Below are positions 20,621 to 31,051 of a stretch of 64,000 bases of DNA, piece by piece. The stretch spans positions 71,125 to 135,124 of the forward strand of contig CAVXYC010000017.1 of NCBI GenBank assembly GCA_963765765.1, written 5' to 3'. Position numbers and translations under genes: made by a program. Below the pieces are notes generated by a model. That model made no database searches, was not told where the DNA came from, and was given only the letters and a program-made list of their open reading frames with translations. The stretch is from an uncultured Chloroflexia bacterium. GTDB lineage: Bacteria > Chloroflexota > UBA6077 > JACCZL01. How positions within the stretch are numbered: position 1 is the stretch's first letter; each line of letters starts with the position of its first letter.

Positions 20621-21407
20621 CGACGTCGGCATCCGATTCGGTGGACTGCAGGCGCTCGAGGCAGTGTCATTTGTTATGGAGCCAGGCGAGCGCCGCGTCA
20701 TCATCGGTCCCAATGGTGCCGGCAAGACAACGCTGTTTAACGTGATTAGCGGGCAGCTTCGACCCAGCACGGGATACGTCTACCTATTTGAAAAGGACGT
20801 CACGCGTTTGCAGCCGTATGAGCGGGCGGGTCTCGGTCTGGCGCGGACGTTTCAGATCACCAACCTATTTCCTAACTTAAGCGTGTCCGAGAACCTGATG
20901 CTGGCAGTGCAAGCGCTACGGCCCATGAAGAGTGCATTGCATCGGACCATGCGGTCATACAAAGAGGTGACGGGACGTACACAAGACATGCTGGAGCAAT
21001 GGAATCTCTGGGACAAGCGCGAAGAGCTGGCCCGCCATCTTTCCTATGGTGACCAGCGGGAGCTCGAGATCCTGATGGCACTGGCCGGATCGCCTCGACT
21101 TTTACTGCTCGATGAGCCGACGGCCGGTCTGTCCACCGCCGAGACCCACCTGGTGGTGGACATCGTGCAAAAGCTCGACCCGTCGATCACCATCCTGCTC
21201 ATAGAGCACGATCTGGACGTCGCATTCGAGCTTGCCAGTCGCGTGATGGTGTTGCATCAGGGGCGTCTTCTCCTCGAAGGAACTCCCGCCGAGGTGCGGG
21301 GCAATGCCCAGGTCGCGGAGATATACCTGGGGTCCGACGAGCTCCTGGCCGAGATCGACGAATCGCCAGCGCTCAAAGCTAAAGCTCGAGAAGCAGAGCA
21401 TGCTTGA
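20601..21407 (+). CDS. livG: ABC ATPase LivG-type
   Basis: Walker A GPNGAGKT, LSYGDQR, LLLLDEPTAG. Confidence 0.88.
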   Translation: MQPLRVDDVGIRFGGLQALEAVSFVMEPGERRVIIGPNGAGKTTLFNVISGQLRPSTGYVYLFEKDVTRLQPYERAGLGLARTFQITNLFPNLSVSENLMLAVQALRPMKSALHRTMRSYKEVTGRTQDMLEQWNLWDKREELARHLSYGDQRELEILMALAGSPRLLLLDEPTAGLSTAETHLVVDIVQKLDPSITILLIEHDLDVAFELASRVMVLHQGRLLLEGTPAEVRGNAQVAEIYLGSDELLAEIDESPALKAKAREAEHA

Positions 21408-22098
21408 AGTACGGGATATCCATACCTACTACGGTGACAGCTACATCCTTCAGGGATTATCGCTCCAAGTGGACGCGGGAAAGATCGTCGCTGTGCTCGG
21501 CCGCAATGGGGTCGGTAAGACTACCCTGATTCGGTCCATTATGGGCTTCACATCCCCGCGAGCTGGCACGATTCTCCTGGACGGGAAGGACTTGACCGGG
21601 CTCTCGCCAGACCGCGTCGCGCGTCTAGGGGTAGGATTGGTTCCGCAAGGTCGGCGCATCTTCGGAAGTCTGACCGTGAAAGAGAATCTTGCTGTGGGTG
21701 AACGCGAAAGCTCCTCGAGTCAGCGCTGGTCACTCTCGGACGTGTTCGAAGTCTTTCCAAGATTGCAGGAGCGGCTTCAGTTCAGCGGAAAGAGCTTAAG
21801 CGGTGGCGAGCAGCAGATGCTCGCATGCAGTCGAGCGTTAGTAGGCAATCCAAGAGTCATGCTCATGGACGAACCCACTGAGGGACTATCGCCGCTTTTC
21901 GTCCGCGAGCTTGGGAAGCTGATCCAGGAGCTACGATCGCGCGGGACAACCGTTTTGCTCATCGAACAGAACCTCGGGTTTGCCCTTCGACTGGCCGATT
22001 ACGTGTACGTCATGAACAAGGGGCGAATCGTACATGAGTCGCCCCCAGATGAGCTCGCGACCAATGAAGAGATCAAAGGCCGCTACTTGGGAATGTGA
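21400..22098 (+). CDS. livF: ABC ATPase LivF-type
   Basis: GRNGVGKT, LSGGEQQML, DEPTEGL. Confidence 0.88.
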   Translation: MLEVRDIHTYYGDSYILQGLSLQVDAGKIVAVLGRNGVGKTTLIRSIMGFTSPRAGTILLDGKDLTGLSPDRVARLGVGLVPQGRRIFGSLTVKENLAVGERESSSSQRWSLSDVFEVFPRLQERLQFSGKSLSGGEQQMLACSRALVGNPRVMLMDEPTEGLSPLFVRELGKLIQELRSRGTTVLLIEQNLGFALRLADYVYVMNKGRIVHESPPDELATNEEIKGRYLGM

Positions 22099-22215
22099 GC
22101 CAGGCCGGCACGGTCTCCGTTGACACGCCTCATGGGTGATTGATGATACCTGGGTCGACACCTATAATCCTCAGCTAGCGCGGCGTGCTGGTCAACATGA
22201 GTTTGGATGAGCTAA

Positions 22216-22668
22216 GTGGCCCTGCAAGAGCAACTAATGGACGATTTGAAGGACGCCATGCGCGCCGGCGACGAGCCGCGCCGAGAAGCGATCCGAATGC
22301 TGCGTGCGGCGGTCAAGAACGAGGAGATTAGCCGCGGCCACGAGCTTGGCGACGCGGAAGTGCAGGAAGTCATCACCCGTCAGGCGCGGCGCCATCGCGA
22401 GTCGATCGACGAGTTCACCAAGGCCAATCGAACCGACCTGGTGGATCGCGAAGTCACGCAGCTCAAGTCGATTGAAGGATACCTGCCCAAGCTCGAGCCC
22501 GCGTCAGCCTTCGAGTCGCAAATTCGACAAGTCATCCAGGACATGGGTGCTAAAGACGTCAAGGAGCAAGGCAAAGTAATGGGTCGAGTTGCGCCACTAT
22601 TGCGCGGTAAAACAGACATGGGCGAGGTTGGCCAGATCGTCCGTCGTGTCCTCGAGGAAGGCGGGTAA
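22216..22668 (+). CDS. GatB/YqeY domain-containing protein
   Basis: DDLKDAMRAGD...ESIDEF...YLP...GKVMG. Confidence 0.9.
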   Translation: MALQEQLMDDLKDAMRAGDEPRREAIRMLRAAVKNEEISRGHELGDAEVQEVITRQARRHRESIDEFTKANRTDLVDREVTQLKSIEGYLPKLEPASAFESQIRQVIQDMGAKDVKEQGKVMGRVAPLLRGKTDMGEVGQIVRRVLEEGG

Positions 22669-22695
22669 CCTACGTCTCAGACCCGTGAGCGGCGT

Positions 22696-24828
22696 ATGGT
22701 CCACAGGACCGAAACGGGCCCGCCCGGACCCTGGGGTGCCCGCTCGTTCTTGCGTCTGGGGACTTATTCGCTCATTGCGGCGTTGCTGACAGGCGTCTTC
22801 CTGACGATCTCGCTCGTTCCGCGCGCATTTGAGCTGCACGAGGGAGACGTTAGCCCAACCAACGTCCGCGCCCCCACGCGCGTGACATACGTGAGCCAGG
22901 TGCGAACGCGAGCCGAGCGCGAGCATGCTTCGGCCGCTGCGCCGCCGGTGCTCGAGATCGATCTGGCAGGCGCGGAGCAAGAGCGCAGACAGCTCGCATT
23001 ATTTCTGCAGAGCATTTCCTCGGTACGTTCCACCCCCGGCCTATCTACCGATCAGCGGATTGAGCGCGTAGCCAGGCTGGGAGATCCCGCGCTCGGAGAA
23101 TCCGATGCTCGCTGGATCGTCCTATTGCCCGAGTCGGGGTGGTTTGCCCTGGCCACAGAGGCGCAGCGGCTTCGACAAGACGTTATGAAGGAGCGCATCT
23201 CCGATACGCGCCTCCCGGAGGTGCTGCGCGAGCTGCCGCTGCGAGCGAGCGATCAGCTCAATGAGACCGATCGAAACCTTGCGGTCAATATTGCCGGGCG
23301 CTTTATTCGCTCCAATCTCATCGTCAATGCAGAAGCCACGGCTCAGCTCAGGCGCCAGGCGCTTGAAGCCGTTGCACCTGTGCAGGTGACGGTAGAAGAG
23401 GGCGAGACGGTGTTGGCCCAGGGGCAGGTGGCCACCGCACAGGACCTCGAGAAGCTCGAGATGCTGGGACTTCGGAATCCAAATATCGACTGGCGATCGA
23501 TTCTGGCGGGTTTCGCGTTGTCTGCCCTCTGTGTCGCTGCGGTGGCGTTATACGTCGTTGCCTTCCAACCAGGTCTGGTTCACCGCGAGCGCGCTCTCTG
23601 GCTTGTGGGGCTCTTGATCATCTTGACGGTTCTTGCCGCCAAAACGGTACTTCCGGCCCGACCTCTATGGGTCTATGTCTTCCCGCTTCCCGCCGTAGCG
23701 ATGCTTCTTGCCACGCTTCTGGATGGGCGCCTGGCGATAATGGTGACCACCCTCCTCGCGATACTGGTTGCATACATCGCCGGCGGTTCGCTCGAGATCA
23801 TGACGATGTTCACGTTGGGAGGCATCGTTGCCGCCGCTGGCGCCTCCTGGACCCAGCGGCTTCACACGTATTTCTTCGTCGGACTGGTAGTGGCCGCGGT
23901 CCAGGCGATGGTCCTGGGGATCTTCCGAATTCCTACGCTCGTTGACGACTTTCAAACCCTGTCGGTCATGATGGTCGAGTGTCTCATCAACGGAGTGCTG
24001 TCCGCTGTCCTCACCGTGGGAACGGTAAGCCTCCTTGGACGATTATTCGACATTACAACGACGATGCAGCTCCTGGAGCTGGCTAACCCCTCGCAGCCGC
24101 TCCTGCGGCGACTGCTCGTCGAAGCGCCGGGAACGTATCACCACAGCATCATGGTGGGAAATCTAGCGGAACGGGCAGCAGAGGAAGTCGGCGCGGACGC
24201 ACTTCTCGTGCGCGTGGGTGCCTACTACCACGATATCGGGAAGCTTCAGCGGCCGTACTTCTTCGTTGAGAACGCGGCGCAAGGTGTCAGCCCGCATGAC
24301 AGCCTGGGCCCTGAGGCCAGTGCTAGAATCATCGCCTCGCACGTGCCTGACGGGCTGGCGCTTGGGTCGAAGCACGGACTTCCACGAGCGGTGATGGACA
24401 TGATTCCCCAGCATCACGGCACGCGGATGGTGAGCTTCTTTTACCAGCAGGCTTCTGAACAATCGCCAACTCCGCCTGATCCGGCTCGATTCACTTATCA
24501 GGGACCGCGCCCACAGTCGAAGGAAGCGGCCATCCTCATGTTGGCTGACGGAGTGGAGGCTGCAACCCGCGCGATGCGGCAGCATTCGCGCGAAAGCATC
24601 GCGGCGTTGGTGGACCAGTTGATCATGCAACGGCTCTCAGAAGGTCAGCTCGACGAGTGTGAACTCACACTACGAGATCTACAGAAAATCAAGGCGGTGT
24701 TCAGCACCCTGCTGGTGGGTGTCTATCACCCGCGCATCGAGTATCCCGCGTCTGCCACCACCCCCGTGAGCCCTCGGCCGCTTATCGCTGGAGAGGCGAT
24801 TGAATCGACCACGCGCGCTGGGGGCTGA
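22696..24828 (+). CDS. 7TM-HD phosphohydrolase (PgpH-like c-di-AMP phosphodiesterase)
   Basis: Extracellular domain, 7 TM, EAPGTYHHS, YYHDIGK, QHHGT, LADGVEAA; precedes ybeY. Confidence 0.9.
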   Translation: MVHRTETGPPGPWGARSFLRLGTYSLIAALLTGVFLTISLVPRAFELHEGDVSPTNVRAPTRVTYVSQVRTRAEREHASAAAPPVLEIDLAGAEQERRQLALFLQSISSVRSTPGLSTDQRIERVARLGDPALGESDARWIVLLPESGWFALATEAQRLRQDVMKERISDTRLPEVLRELPLRASDQLNETDRNLAVNIAGRFIRSNLIVNAEATAQLRRQALEAVAPVQVTVEEGETVLAQGQVATAQDLEKLEMLGLRNPNIDWRSILAGFALSALCVAAVALYVVAFQPGLVHRERALWLVGLLIILTVLAAKTVLPARPLWVYVFPLPAVAMLLATLLDGRLAIMVTTLLAILVAYIAGGSLEIMTMFTLGGIVAAAGASWTQRLHTYFFVGLVVAAVQAMVLGIFRIPTLVDDFQTLSVMMVECLINGVLSAVLTVGTVSLLGRLFDITTTMQLLELANPSQPLLRRLLVEAPGTYHHSIMVGNLAERAAEEVGADALLVRVGAYYHDIGKLQRPYFFVENAAQGVSPHDSLGPEASARIIASHVPDGLALGSKHGLPRAVMDMIPQHHGTRMVSFFYQQASEQSPTPPDPARFTYQGPRPQSKEAAILMLADGVEAATRAMRQHSRESIAALVDQLIMQRLSEGQLDECELTLRDLQKIKAVFSTLLVGVYHPRIEYPASATTPVSPRPLIAGEAIESTTRAGG

Positions 24829-25288
24829 GCGGCTGAGCCTCTCGGTTGAGATTCTGCCGAGGTCAATGCCGGCGGCAATCCGGGCGCTTATTCGGAAGGT
24901 TTCTCGCAAGACGCTCGCATACACAGACCTGACGGGGCCTACTCGCCTCACTGTACATTTGGTGGATAACGAAGAGATTCACCGCATCAACGCAGAGCAT
25001 CGCGGTGTGGATGCGCCGACCGACGTGCTCTCCTTTCCGCAGATCGAGACGTCTGGGTTCGTTACGCCGCCGGGGGAGCCTCAACACGTTGGGGATATCG
25101 TGCTATCGCTGGATCGAGTGCACACCCAGGCAGAGGAGTATGGTCACAGCTTTGAGCGGGAGATCGGTTATTTGACGGCGCACGGGATCCTACATTGTCT
25201 GGGTTACGATCATGAGGACGAGGCCGATCAAGCCATCATGCGTGAGCGAGAAGAGTTCGTCATGCAGGCGGCAGGATTGACCCGCTGA
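24800..25288 (+). CDS. ybeY: rRNA maturation endoribonuclease YbeY
   Basis: PTDVLSFP and HGILHCLGYDH motifs. Confidence 0.95.
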   Translation: MNRPRALGAERLSLSVEILPRSMPAAIRALIRKVSRKTLAYTDLTGPTRLTVHLVDNEEIHRINAEHRGVDAPTDVLSFPQIETSGFVTPPGEPQHVGDIVLSLDRVHTQAEEYGHSFEREIGYLTAHGILHCLGYDHEDEADQAIMREREEFVMQAAGLTR

Positions 25289-25671
25289 TGGTGACCGGAC
25301 AAAGCGATGTCGGGAGGGTGATGCGGAGCTTTGGCTTTGCGACTGCTGGCATCAAGTCGTTGGTGGTCACCCAGCCCAACGCGCGTGTGCACATGGCGCT
25401 CGGCGCCGGCGCGGCTTCAGTAGCGTTCTGGCTCGGACTCTCTGCGTTGGAATGTGCCGTACTCGCCTTGACCATGGGGCTTGTGCTGGTGGCGGAGGCT
25501 GTGAACACTGCCATCGAGGCGGCCGTCGATCTCGCGAGCCCCTCGATTCACCCGCTTGCGCGTCAGGCCAAGGACATTGCAGCCGGCGGTGTGCTACTCA
25601 GCGCAATTACCGCGGTGATCGTCGGTGCGGTGCTGTTTGGCCCCCGGCTGATCGCGATGATCGCCAAGTAG
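25288..25671 (+). CDS. dgkA: Diacylglycerol/undecaprenol kinase family protein
   Basis: EAVNTAIEAAVD...AKDIAAGGV. Confidence 0.9.
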   Translation: MVTGQSDVGRVMRSFGFATAGIKSLVVTQPNARVHMALGAGAASVAFWLGLSALECAVLALTMGLVLVAEAVNTAIEAAVDLASPSIHPLARQAKDIAAGGVLLSAITAVIVGAVLFGPRLIAMIAK

Positions 25672-25695
25672 CGAACGGCACGCCGCGGCGGGAGA

Positions 25696-26694
25696 CTAGC
25701 GGTTCCACTCCCACACGGCGGCACCCCAACATAGACCCGCGCCGAAGGCGACCATGGCCAGATGGTCGCCAGTCTGGAGCTGGTGATCCGCCATCGCCTC
25801 GGTCAGGGCAACTGGGATCGAAGCGGAAGACGTATTTCCGTACCGATCGACGTTCGTGAACATCACGCCATCGGCCACAGCGAGTTTCCCTTTCGCGGCG
25901 TCCATGATGCGGATATTCGCCTGGTGCGGAATCATGAGACGGATATCACTGGTGCAGAGATGCGCCTGACTGATCGTCTGGTTGAGCGCCTCGGTCATCT
26001 TGGTGGTGGCGAACCTGAATACCTCGCGACCGTTCATGCGCAGGTAATTTCCGCGCGCTTCGAGGACCTCCTGCGTCATCGGACGACGACTTCCACCATC
26101 CGGCACGATCAAGTGCTTGGCGCCCGCACCATCGGATCCCAGAACAAACGACCGCAGTCCGCCCGGCGTCTCGGTGGCTTCCAGCACAACCGCGCCCGCG
26201 CCATCGCCAAAGAGTACGCAGGTGGTGCGGTCTTTCCAATCGACAATGCGCGACATCACATCAGACCCAACGACCAATACCCGTCGATAAGCGCCTGAGA
26301 GAATGAACTGCGATCCGGTGACCAGGCCATAGACGAATCCGGTACAGCCTGCGTTCAAATCGAAGGCACCTGCTCGCGCTGCTCCCAGGGCTTCCTGCAC
26401 GAGCGATGCTGTAGCCGGAAATCCGAGATGGTCTGGTGTGGCCGTGGCGACTAGCACCAAATCAAGTTCTGCGGCATCCAAAGCTGCGACGCAGAGTGCT
26501 TCTCTGGCAGCCGCTACAGCCATGGTTCCGGTACTCTCGTCCTCGCCTGCAATGCGGCGTTGTGCAATTCCGGTTCGCGACTTGATCCATTCGTCAGACG
26601 TCTCGACGAGCGCTTCGAGCTCATCATTGGTCATGATGCGCGGCGGAAGGTATTTACCCCAGCCTGCGATCTTTACATAGGGATGATGACTCAA
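25696..26694 (-). CDS. fabH: 3-oxoacyl-ACP synthase III
   Basis: AGCTGF, FGDGAGA, PHQAN and GNTSSASIP motifs. Confidence 0.95.
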   Translation of the reverse strand: MSHHPYVKIAGWGKYLPPRIMTNDELEALVETSDEWIKSRTGIAQRRIAGEDESTGTMAVAAAREALCVAALDAAELDLVLVATATPDHLGFPATASLVQEALGAARAGAFDLNAGCTGFVYGLVTGSQFILSGAYRRVLVVGSDVMSRIVDWKDRTTCVLFGDGAGAVVLEATETPGGLRSFVLGSDGAGAKHLIVPDGGSRRPMTQEVLEARGNYLRMNGREVFRFATTKMTEALNQTISQAHLCTSDIRLMIPHQANIRIMDAAKGKLAVADGVMFTNVDRYGNTSSASIPVALTEAMADHQLQTGDHLAMVAFGAGLCWGAAVWEWNR

Positions 26695-26745
26695 ACAGAG
26701 ACCTCCGATGCCCGTGGGACGCGCTGGTAGTTCGCGTCCAATGAG

Positions 26746-27984
26746 CTAATCACCGTATCGGGCAAAGGCCAGGCTGTTGTTGTGTCCGCCGAAGCCGAAC
26801 GTATTCGATAGGGCGTGCGTTACCACCGCCACGCGCGCCTCATTTGGGACGTAGTCAAGATCGCAGTCGGGATCGGGCGTGAAATAGTTGATTGTCGGAG
26901 GAATAATCTCTGACTGGATGGCGCGGATCGTGGCGATAGCTTCTACGACCGCACCGGCTCCTAGCATGTGCCCCGTCATGGATTTGGTGGAGCTCACCGG
27001 AACGCGATAGGCACGATCGCCGAAAAGGGTCTTGATGGCTTCCGACTCCGCTCGGTCATTCAACGGAGTGGATGTGCCATGAGCGTTGATGTAATCTACG
27101 TCCTCGATAGTGAGGTTGGCTTTCTGTAGTGCGATGCGCATGGCCCGTACCGCGCCTTCACCGCCTGGTGCGGGCGCGGTCATGTGATAAGCGTCCGCCG
27201 TGTCTCCGTGGCTAAGCATCTCTGCTCTAATTTGAGCGCCGCGCGCTTGAGCGTGCTCGAGCGACTCGAGGACGATGATTCCTCCGCCCTCGGCCATGAC
27301 AAATCCGTCGCGTTCGGCGTCGAACGGTCGGCTCGCGTGCTGCGGGTCGTCATTGCGTGTCGAGATTGCTTTCATTGAATTGAAAGCCGCGACACCGATC
27401 GGGACGATGCCTGCCTCAGCCCCACCAGCAAGCACAACGTCAGCGTCACCTCGACGAATAATCTCCATGGCTTCGCCGATGCTGTGTCCGGAGGTTGCGC
27501 ATGCTGAGACAACGCCGAAATTTGGCCCCTTTGCGCCAACGGCCATCGAGATCTGGCCGGCCGGCGTATCGGCGATAAACATCGGAATCAGGAAGGGACT
27601 GATTCGACCGGGCCCACGGTCACGGAGGACATCGAACTGCTCCGAGAGCGTACCGATCCCTCCAATGCCGGTGCCCACGATTACGCCAATGCGCTCGGCA
27701 TTGGCATCCGTGATTTCTAAGCTGGCGTCCTTCATCGCTTCCAGTGCCGCGATCACCGCGAACTGGGTCGTGCGATCCATGCGACGTGCCTCTTTGGCCG
27801 TAAAGAAGTCAGTGGCTTGGTAGTCCTTGACCTCTGCCGCGATATGAGTCTCGAAGTCGTCCGGGTCAAAGAGAGTGATCGTACGCACCCCCGAACACCC
27901 CTTGATCATTGCTGCCCAGGTGGACTCGACATCTCGACCGAGCGGAGTGATGGCGCCCATGCCGGTAATAACGATTCGCGTCAT
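26746..27984 (-). CDS. fabF: 3-oxoacyl-ACP synthase II
   Basis: SACAT, NAHGTST, TGHMLGA and FGFGGHN motifs. Confidence 0.95.
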   Translation of the reverse strand: MTRIVITGMGAITPLGRDVESTWAAMIKGCSGVRTITLFDPDDFETHIAAEVKDYQATDFFTAKEARRMDRTTQFAVIAALEAMKDASLEITDANAERIGVIVGTGIGGIGTLSEQFDVLRDRGPGRISPFLIPMFIADTPAGQISMAVGAKGPNFGVVSACATSGHSIGEAMEIIRRGDADVVLAGGAEAGIVPIGVAAFNSMKAISTRNDDPQHASRPFDAERDGFVMAEGGGIIVLESLEHAQARGAQIRAEMLSHGDTADAYHMTAPAPGGEGAVRAMRIALQKANLTIEDVDYINAHGTSTPLNDRAESEAIKTLFGDRAYRVPVSSTKSMTGHMLGAGAVVEAIATIRAIQSEIIPPTINYFTPDPDCDLDYVPNEARVAVVTHALSNTFGFGGHNNSLAFARYGD

Positions 27985-28157
27985 CTGCTGTGCTTCCGCA
28001 ACGTCCCGTCTTATTGGTCTGACGGGCTCGGAGTATACCAAAGGGAGGGTCGGACACCGTCGCTTCAGGGAATGTTCCCTAAGAACGGTGCGCCTGATAC
28101 TCCTTCATTCGATGTGCCGAAAGGCAATTCACGTCAGTACAATTGCATCTGCTCACT

Positions 28158-29189
28158 ATGGAGAAGCTCACCAGCAGACGTCAGCAGATCATGAAGAGCC
28201 TCGTTGAGGCGTATGTAGAGAGCGCGACGCCCGTCTCGTCGGACGCGATTGCTCGCCGCACATCCACGGGCGTTTCCAGCGCCACGGTGCGGAATGATCT
28301 GGTAAGCCTCGAAGAGCTGGGATTGGTGAGCCACCCGCATACGTCAGCCGGACGTATGCCCACAGAGCTGGGCTACCGATACTTCGTCGAGCATTTGATG
28401 GAGCAAGAAGCGCCGCCACCCGTTGAGCAGCGGACGATTCGTGATCAGTTTCACCAGATTCAGTGGGCCGCGGACCGGTGGGCGGTGCTCGCCGCGTCCA
28501 TTCTGGCAAGTGCCGTGCGGTCCGCCTCGATCGTTACGCTCCCGTTGGCGCCGCGGGCGCGGGTGCGCAGCCTTGAGCTGCTGTCCGTGCAGGACGAGCT
28601 CGGTCTGCTGGTCCTGATCGTGCAGTCCGGCATAGTGCGACAGCAGCTTATTCACTGGAGTCGGCCGGTCTCACGCGATGCACTGAATCAGCTCAGTAAC
28701 CGCTTGAGTCATGAGTGCGAGGGATGCACGGCTGAGGAGCTTCTCCAGCGAGCTTACGGAGCCGAAACCGAGGACTCGGAGGCGCTTAGAGCGGCGGCGC
28801 AGCTTCTGAGCGAGGCCGAGCAGCACATGTACGAGACGCTCTATTTCGAGGGCATCTCACACGTACTGGACCAGCCAGAGTTTGCTCGGAGCCAGGCGTT
28901 GCGGCCATTTGTCGAGCTTCTGGAGCGAACTCCTGTCCTTGGAACGTATCTCGTTGAATCTTCGGCGCCGGACGCGGTGCGAATTATCATAGGAAATGAG
29001 CATGCGCTGGACCGTATGCAACACACCAGTACGGTCTTGGCTCGGTATGGCGCGCGAAGCGGACCGTACGGCGTGCTCGCGGTGGTGGGACCAACCCGTA
29101 TGGCCTACTGGCGGGCGGTTTCAATGGTGCGGTTCATGGCCAGCGTTATGGACGTTGTAATGGACGACGCCCCAGAGCGCGTCTCTTGA
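28158..29189 (+). CDS. hrcA: Heat-inducible transcription repressor HrcA
   Basis: SSATVRNDL..LE..GL..HPHTSAGRMPT..GYRYFV; GPTRMAY. Confidence 0.95.
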   Translation: MEKLTSRRQQIMKSLVEAYVESATPVSSDAIARRTSTGVSSATVRNDLVSLEELGLVSHPHTSAGRMPTELGYRYFVEHLMEQEAPPPVEQRTIRDQFHQIQWAADRWAVLAASILASAVRSASIVTLPLAPRARVRSLELLSVQDELGLLVLIVQSGIVRQQLIHWSRPVSRDALNQLSNRLSHECEGCTAEELLQRAYGAETEDSEALRAAAQLLSEAEQHMYETLYFEGISHVLDQPEFARSQALRPFVELLERTPVLGTYLVESSAPDAVRIIIGNEHALDRMQHTSTVLARYGARSGPYGVLAVVGPTRMAYWRAVSMVRFMASVMDVVMDDAPERVS

Positions 29190-29212
29190 GCGGATCTCAC
29201 GATAGGGAAACG

Positions 29213-29827
29213 ATGGCAGACGACGAACAACAGCAGGAAACGACAAATGAAGTTGAGGCGCCTGAGGTAGAGGCGCCCGAGAGCGAGCTCGACGGGCTCA
29301 AGCGAGAGCTCGCGGAGACGCAGGCGCGCTCGGAGGAGTTCTTCGGCAATTGGCAGCGATCCGCGGCAGATCTTTCGAACTTCAGAAAGCGCGTGGATCA
29401 GGAGCGATCGGACTTACAGAAATACGCTTCCGCGGAGGTGTTGGCCGATCTGCTGAATGTGTTGGATGACTGGGAGCGAGCCCTGGCCGTGCTTCCGCCG
29501 GAGATGCTCAAGTTCACCTGGATCCATGGCACTGCTCAGATTTTTCAGAAGCTTCAATGGACGATCAGCCGCCACGGAGTGACGCCCATTGATGCCGCGG
29601 ATCAACCATTTGATCCGCACTTGCACGACGCTGTGATGCGCGATGAAGACGTGCCAACTACGGAACAAACGCACGTAGTACAAGAGCTCCAACGCGGTTA
29701 CCGCATTCACGAGCGGGTTCTCCGACCGGCCCTCGTAAAGGTGGGACGGCCGCCCGAGCCAGCGAGCGCCACGGATGCTGAGCCTGACGCGGCGGAACCG
29801 ATGCCCGACGCGACGGCAGAAGCGTGA
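29213..29827 (+). CDS. grpE: Nucleotide exchange factor GrpE
   Basis: ADLSNFRKR, FDPHLHDAV and GY..HERVLRPALVKV. Confidence 0.95.
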   Translation: MADDEQQQETTNEVEAPEVEAPESELDGLKRELAETQARSEEFFGNWQRSAADLSNFRKRVDQERSDLQKYASAEVLADLLNVLDDWERALAVLPPEMLKFTWIHGTAQIFQKLQWTISRHGVTPIDAADQPFDPHLHDAVMRDEDVPTTEQTHVVQELQRGYRIHERVLRPALVKVGRPPEPASATDAEPDAAEPMPDATAEA

Positions 29828-29893
29828 TGAAAAGCGGAGCCGGGTGCGGATTCGAGTTAGAATATACGTTCAGGAAGAATATGTGAACCACGT

Positions 29894-31051
29894 ATGGCTA
29901 CGACCAAACGCGACTACTACGAAATACTAGACCTGCCTCGGAACGCCACCGCGGAAGATATCCGCAAGGCCTATCGCCGGCTTGCCTTTCAGCATCATCC
30001 CGATCGTAACCAGGATGTCGGCGCGGCTGAGCGATTCAAAGAGGTCAAGGAAGCCTACGAGATCCTGAGCGACAACGAGAAGCGGGCGATGTATGACCGC
30101 TTTGGCCATGCCGCTGCGGGTGCAGGTGCGTCCAATTTTGGAGGCGCAGGATTTTCAGGCTTCGGCATCGAAGATATCTTCGAGACCTTTTTTGGAACAG
30201 CCCAGAATGGGCGACAGCGACGCCGCGCCAGGCCCGGCGATGACCTCCGCGTGGACATGCAGATCTCCTTTGAAGAGGCGCTCTTTGGCACCGTCAAAGA
30301 AGTGGTCATCCAGAAGCGCGATCTCTGCAACACCTGCACCGGTACTGGTTTGGAGCCTGGCAGTCAGCCAGAGCCGTGTCCCAAGTGCAACGGGACAGGC
30401 GAGATTCGGCGCGTTCACCAATCGATCTTCGGGCAAATGGTGAACGTGAGCGTGTGCGACCGTTGTAATGGCGAAGGCAGCTACATCGCCAATCCCTGCC
30501 ATACCTGCCAGGGGCGCCGTACGATCAAGACTACGAAGACGCTGGAAATCAAAGTGCCCGCGGGCGTGGACGAGAACGCGCAGCTCCGTCTGAGTGGCGA
30601 AGGCGAGCCCGGCGATCCCGGGGCGCCAAACGGCAATCTCTACGTGGTACTCCACGTGCTCGCGCATCGGCATTTCCGGCGCCAGGGAACTGAGCTCCTG
30701 TTGGATGTCAACATCAACATGGCCCAGGCCGTGCTCGGCGACGAGGTGGAGATCCCAACGCTGGAGCGCCCGAATGCCGATGACGAGCCACAGGTGGTCA
30801 ACGTTCCCATCAAGATCCAGCCGGGCACCCAATTTGGTGAAACGATCAGACTGCGCGGCAAGGGTGTTCCCATGCTGCAACAGGCCGGACGCGGCGATAT
30901 GCTTGTTCGGCTCAAGATAGAGACGCCAACCAAGTTGAATGAAGAGCAAAAGAAGCTCTTCCGGCAGCTTGCCAGTACTTTCGACGGTGGCGTTGCGCCA
31001 GAAGAGAACAAGGGTTTCTTCGATAAGGTGAAGGACGCCTTTGGTGTCTAG
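29894..31051 (+). CDS. dnaJ: Chaperone DnaJ
   Basis: HPD J-domain and four CxxCxG zinc-finger repeats. Confidence 0.95.
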   Translation: MATTKRDYYEILDLPRNATAEDIRKAYRRLAFQHHPDRNQDVGAAERFKEVKEAYEILSDNEKRAMYDRFGHAAAGAGASNFGGAGFSGFGIEDIFETFFGTAQNGRQRRRARPGDDLRVDMQISFEEALFGTVKEVVIQKRDLCNTCTGTGLEPGSQPEPCPKCNGTGEIRRVHQSIFGQMVNVSVCDRCNGEGSYIANPCHTCQGRRTIKTTKTLEIKVPAGVDENAQLRLSGEGEPGDPGAPNGNLYVVLHVLAHRHFRRQGTELLLDVNINMAQAVLGDEVEIPTLERPNADDEPQVVNVPIKIQPGTQFGETIRLRGKGVPMLQQAGRGDMLVRLKIETPTKLNEEQKKLFRQLASTFDGGVAPEENKGFFDKVKDAFGV

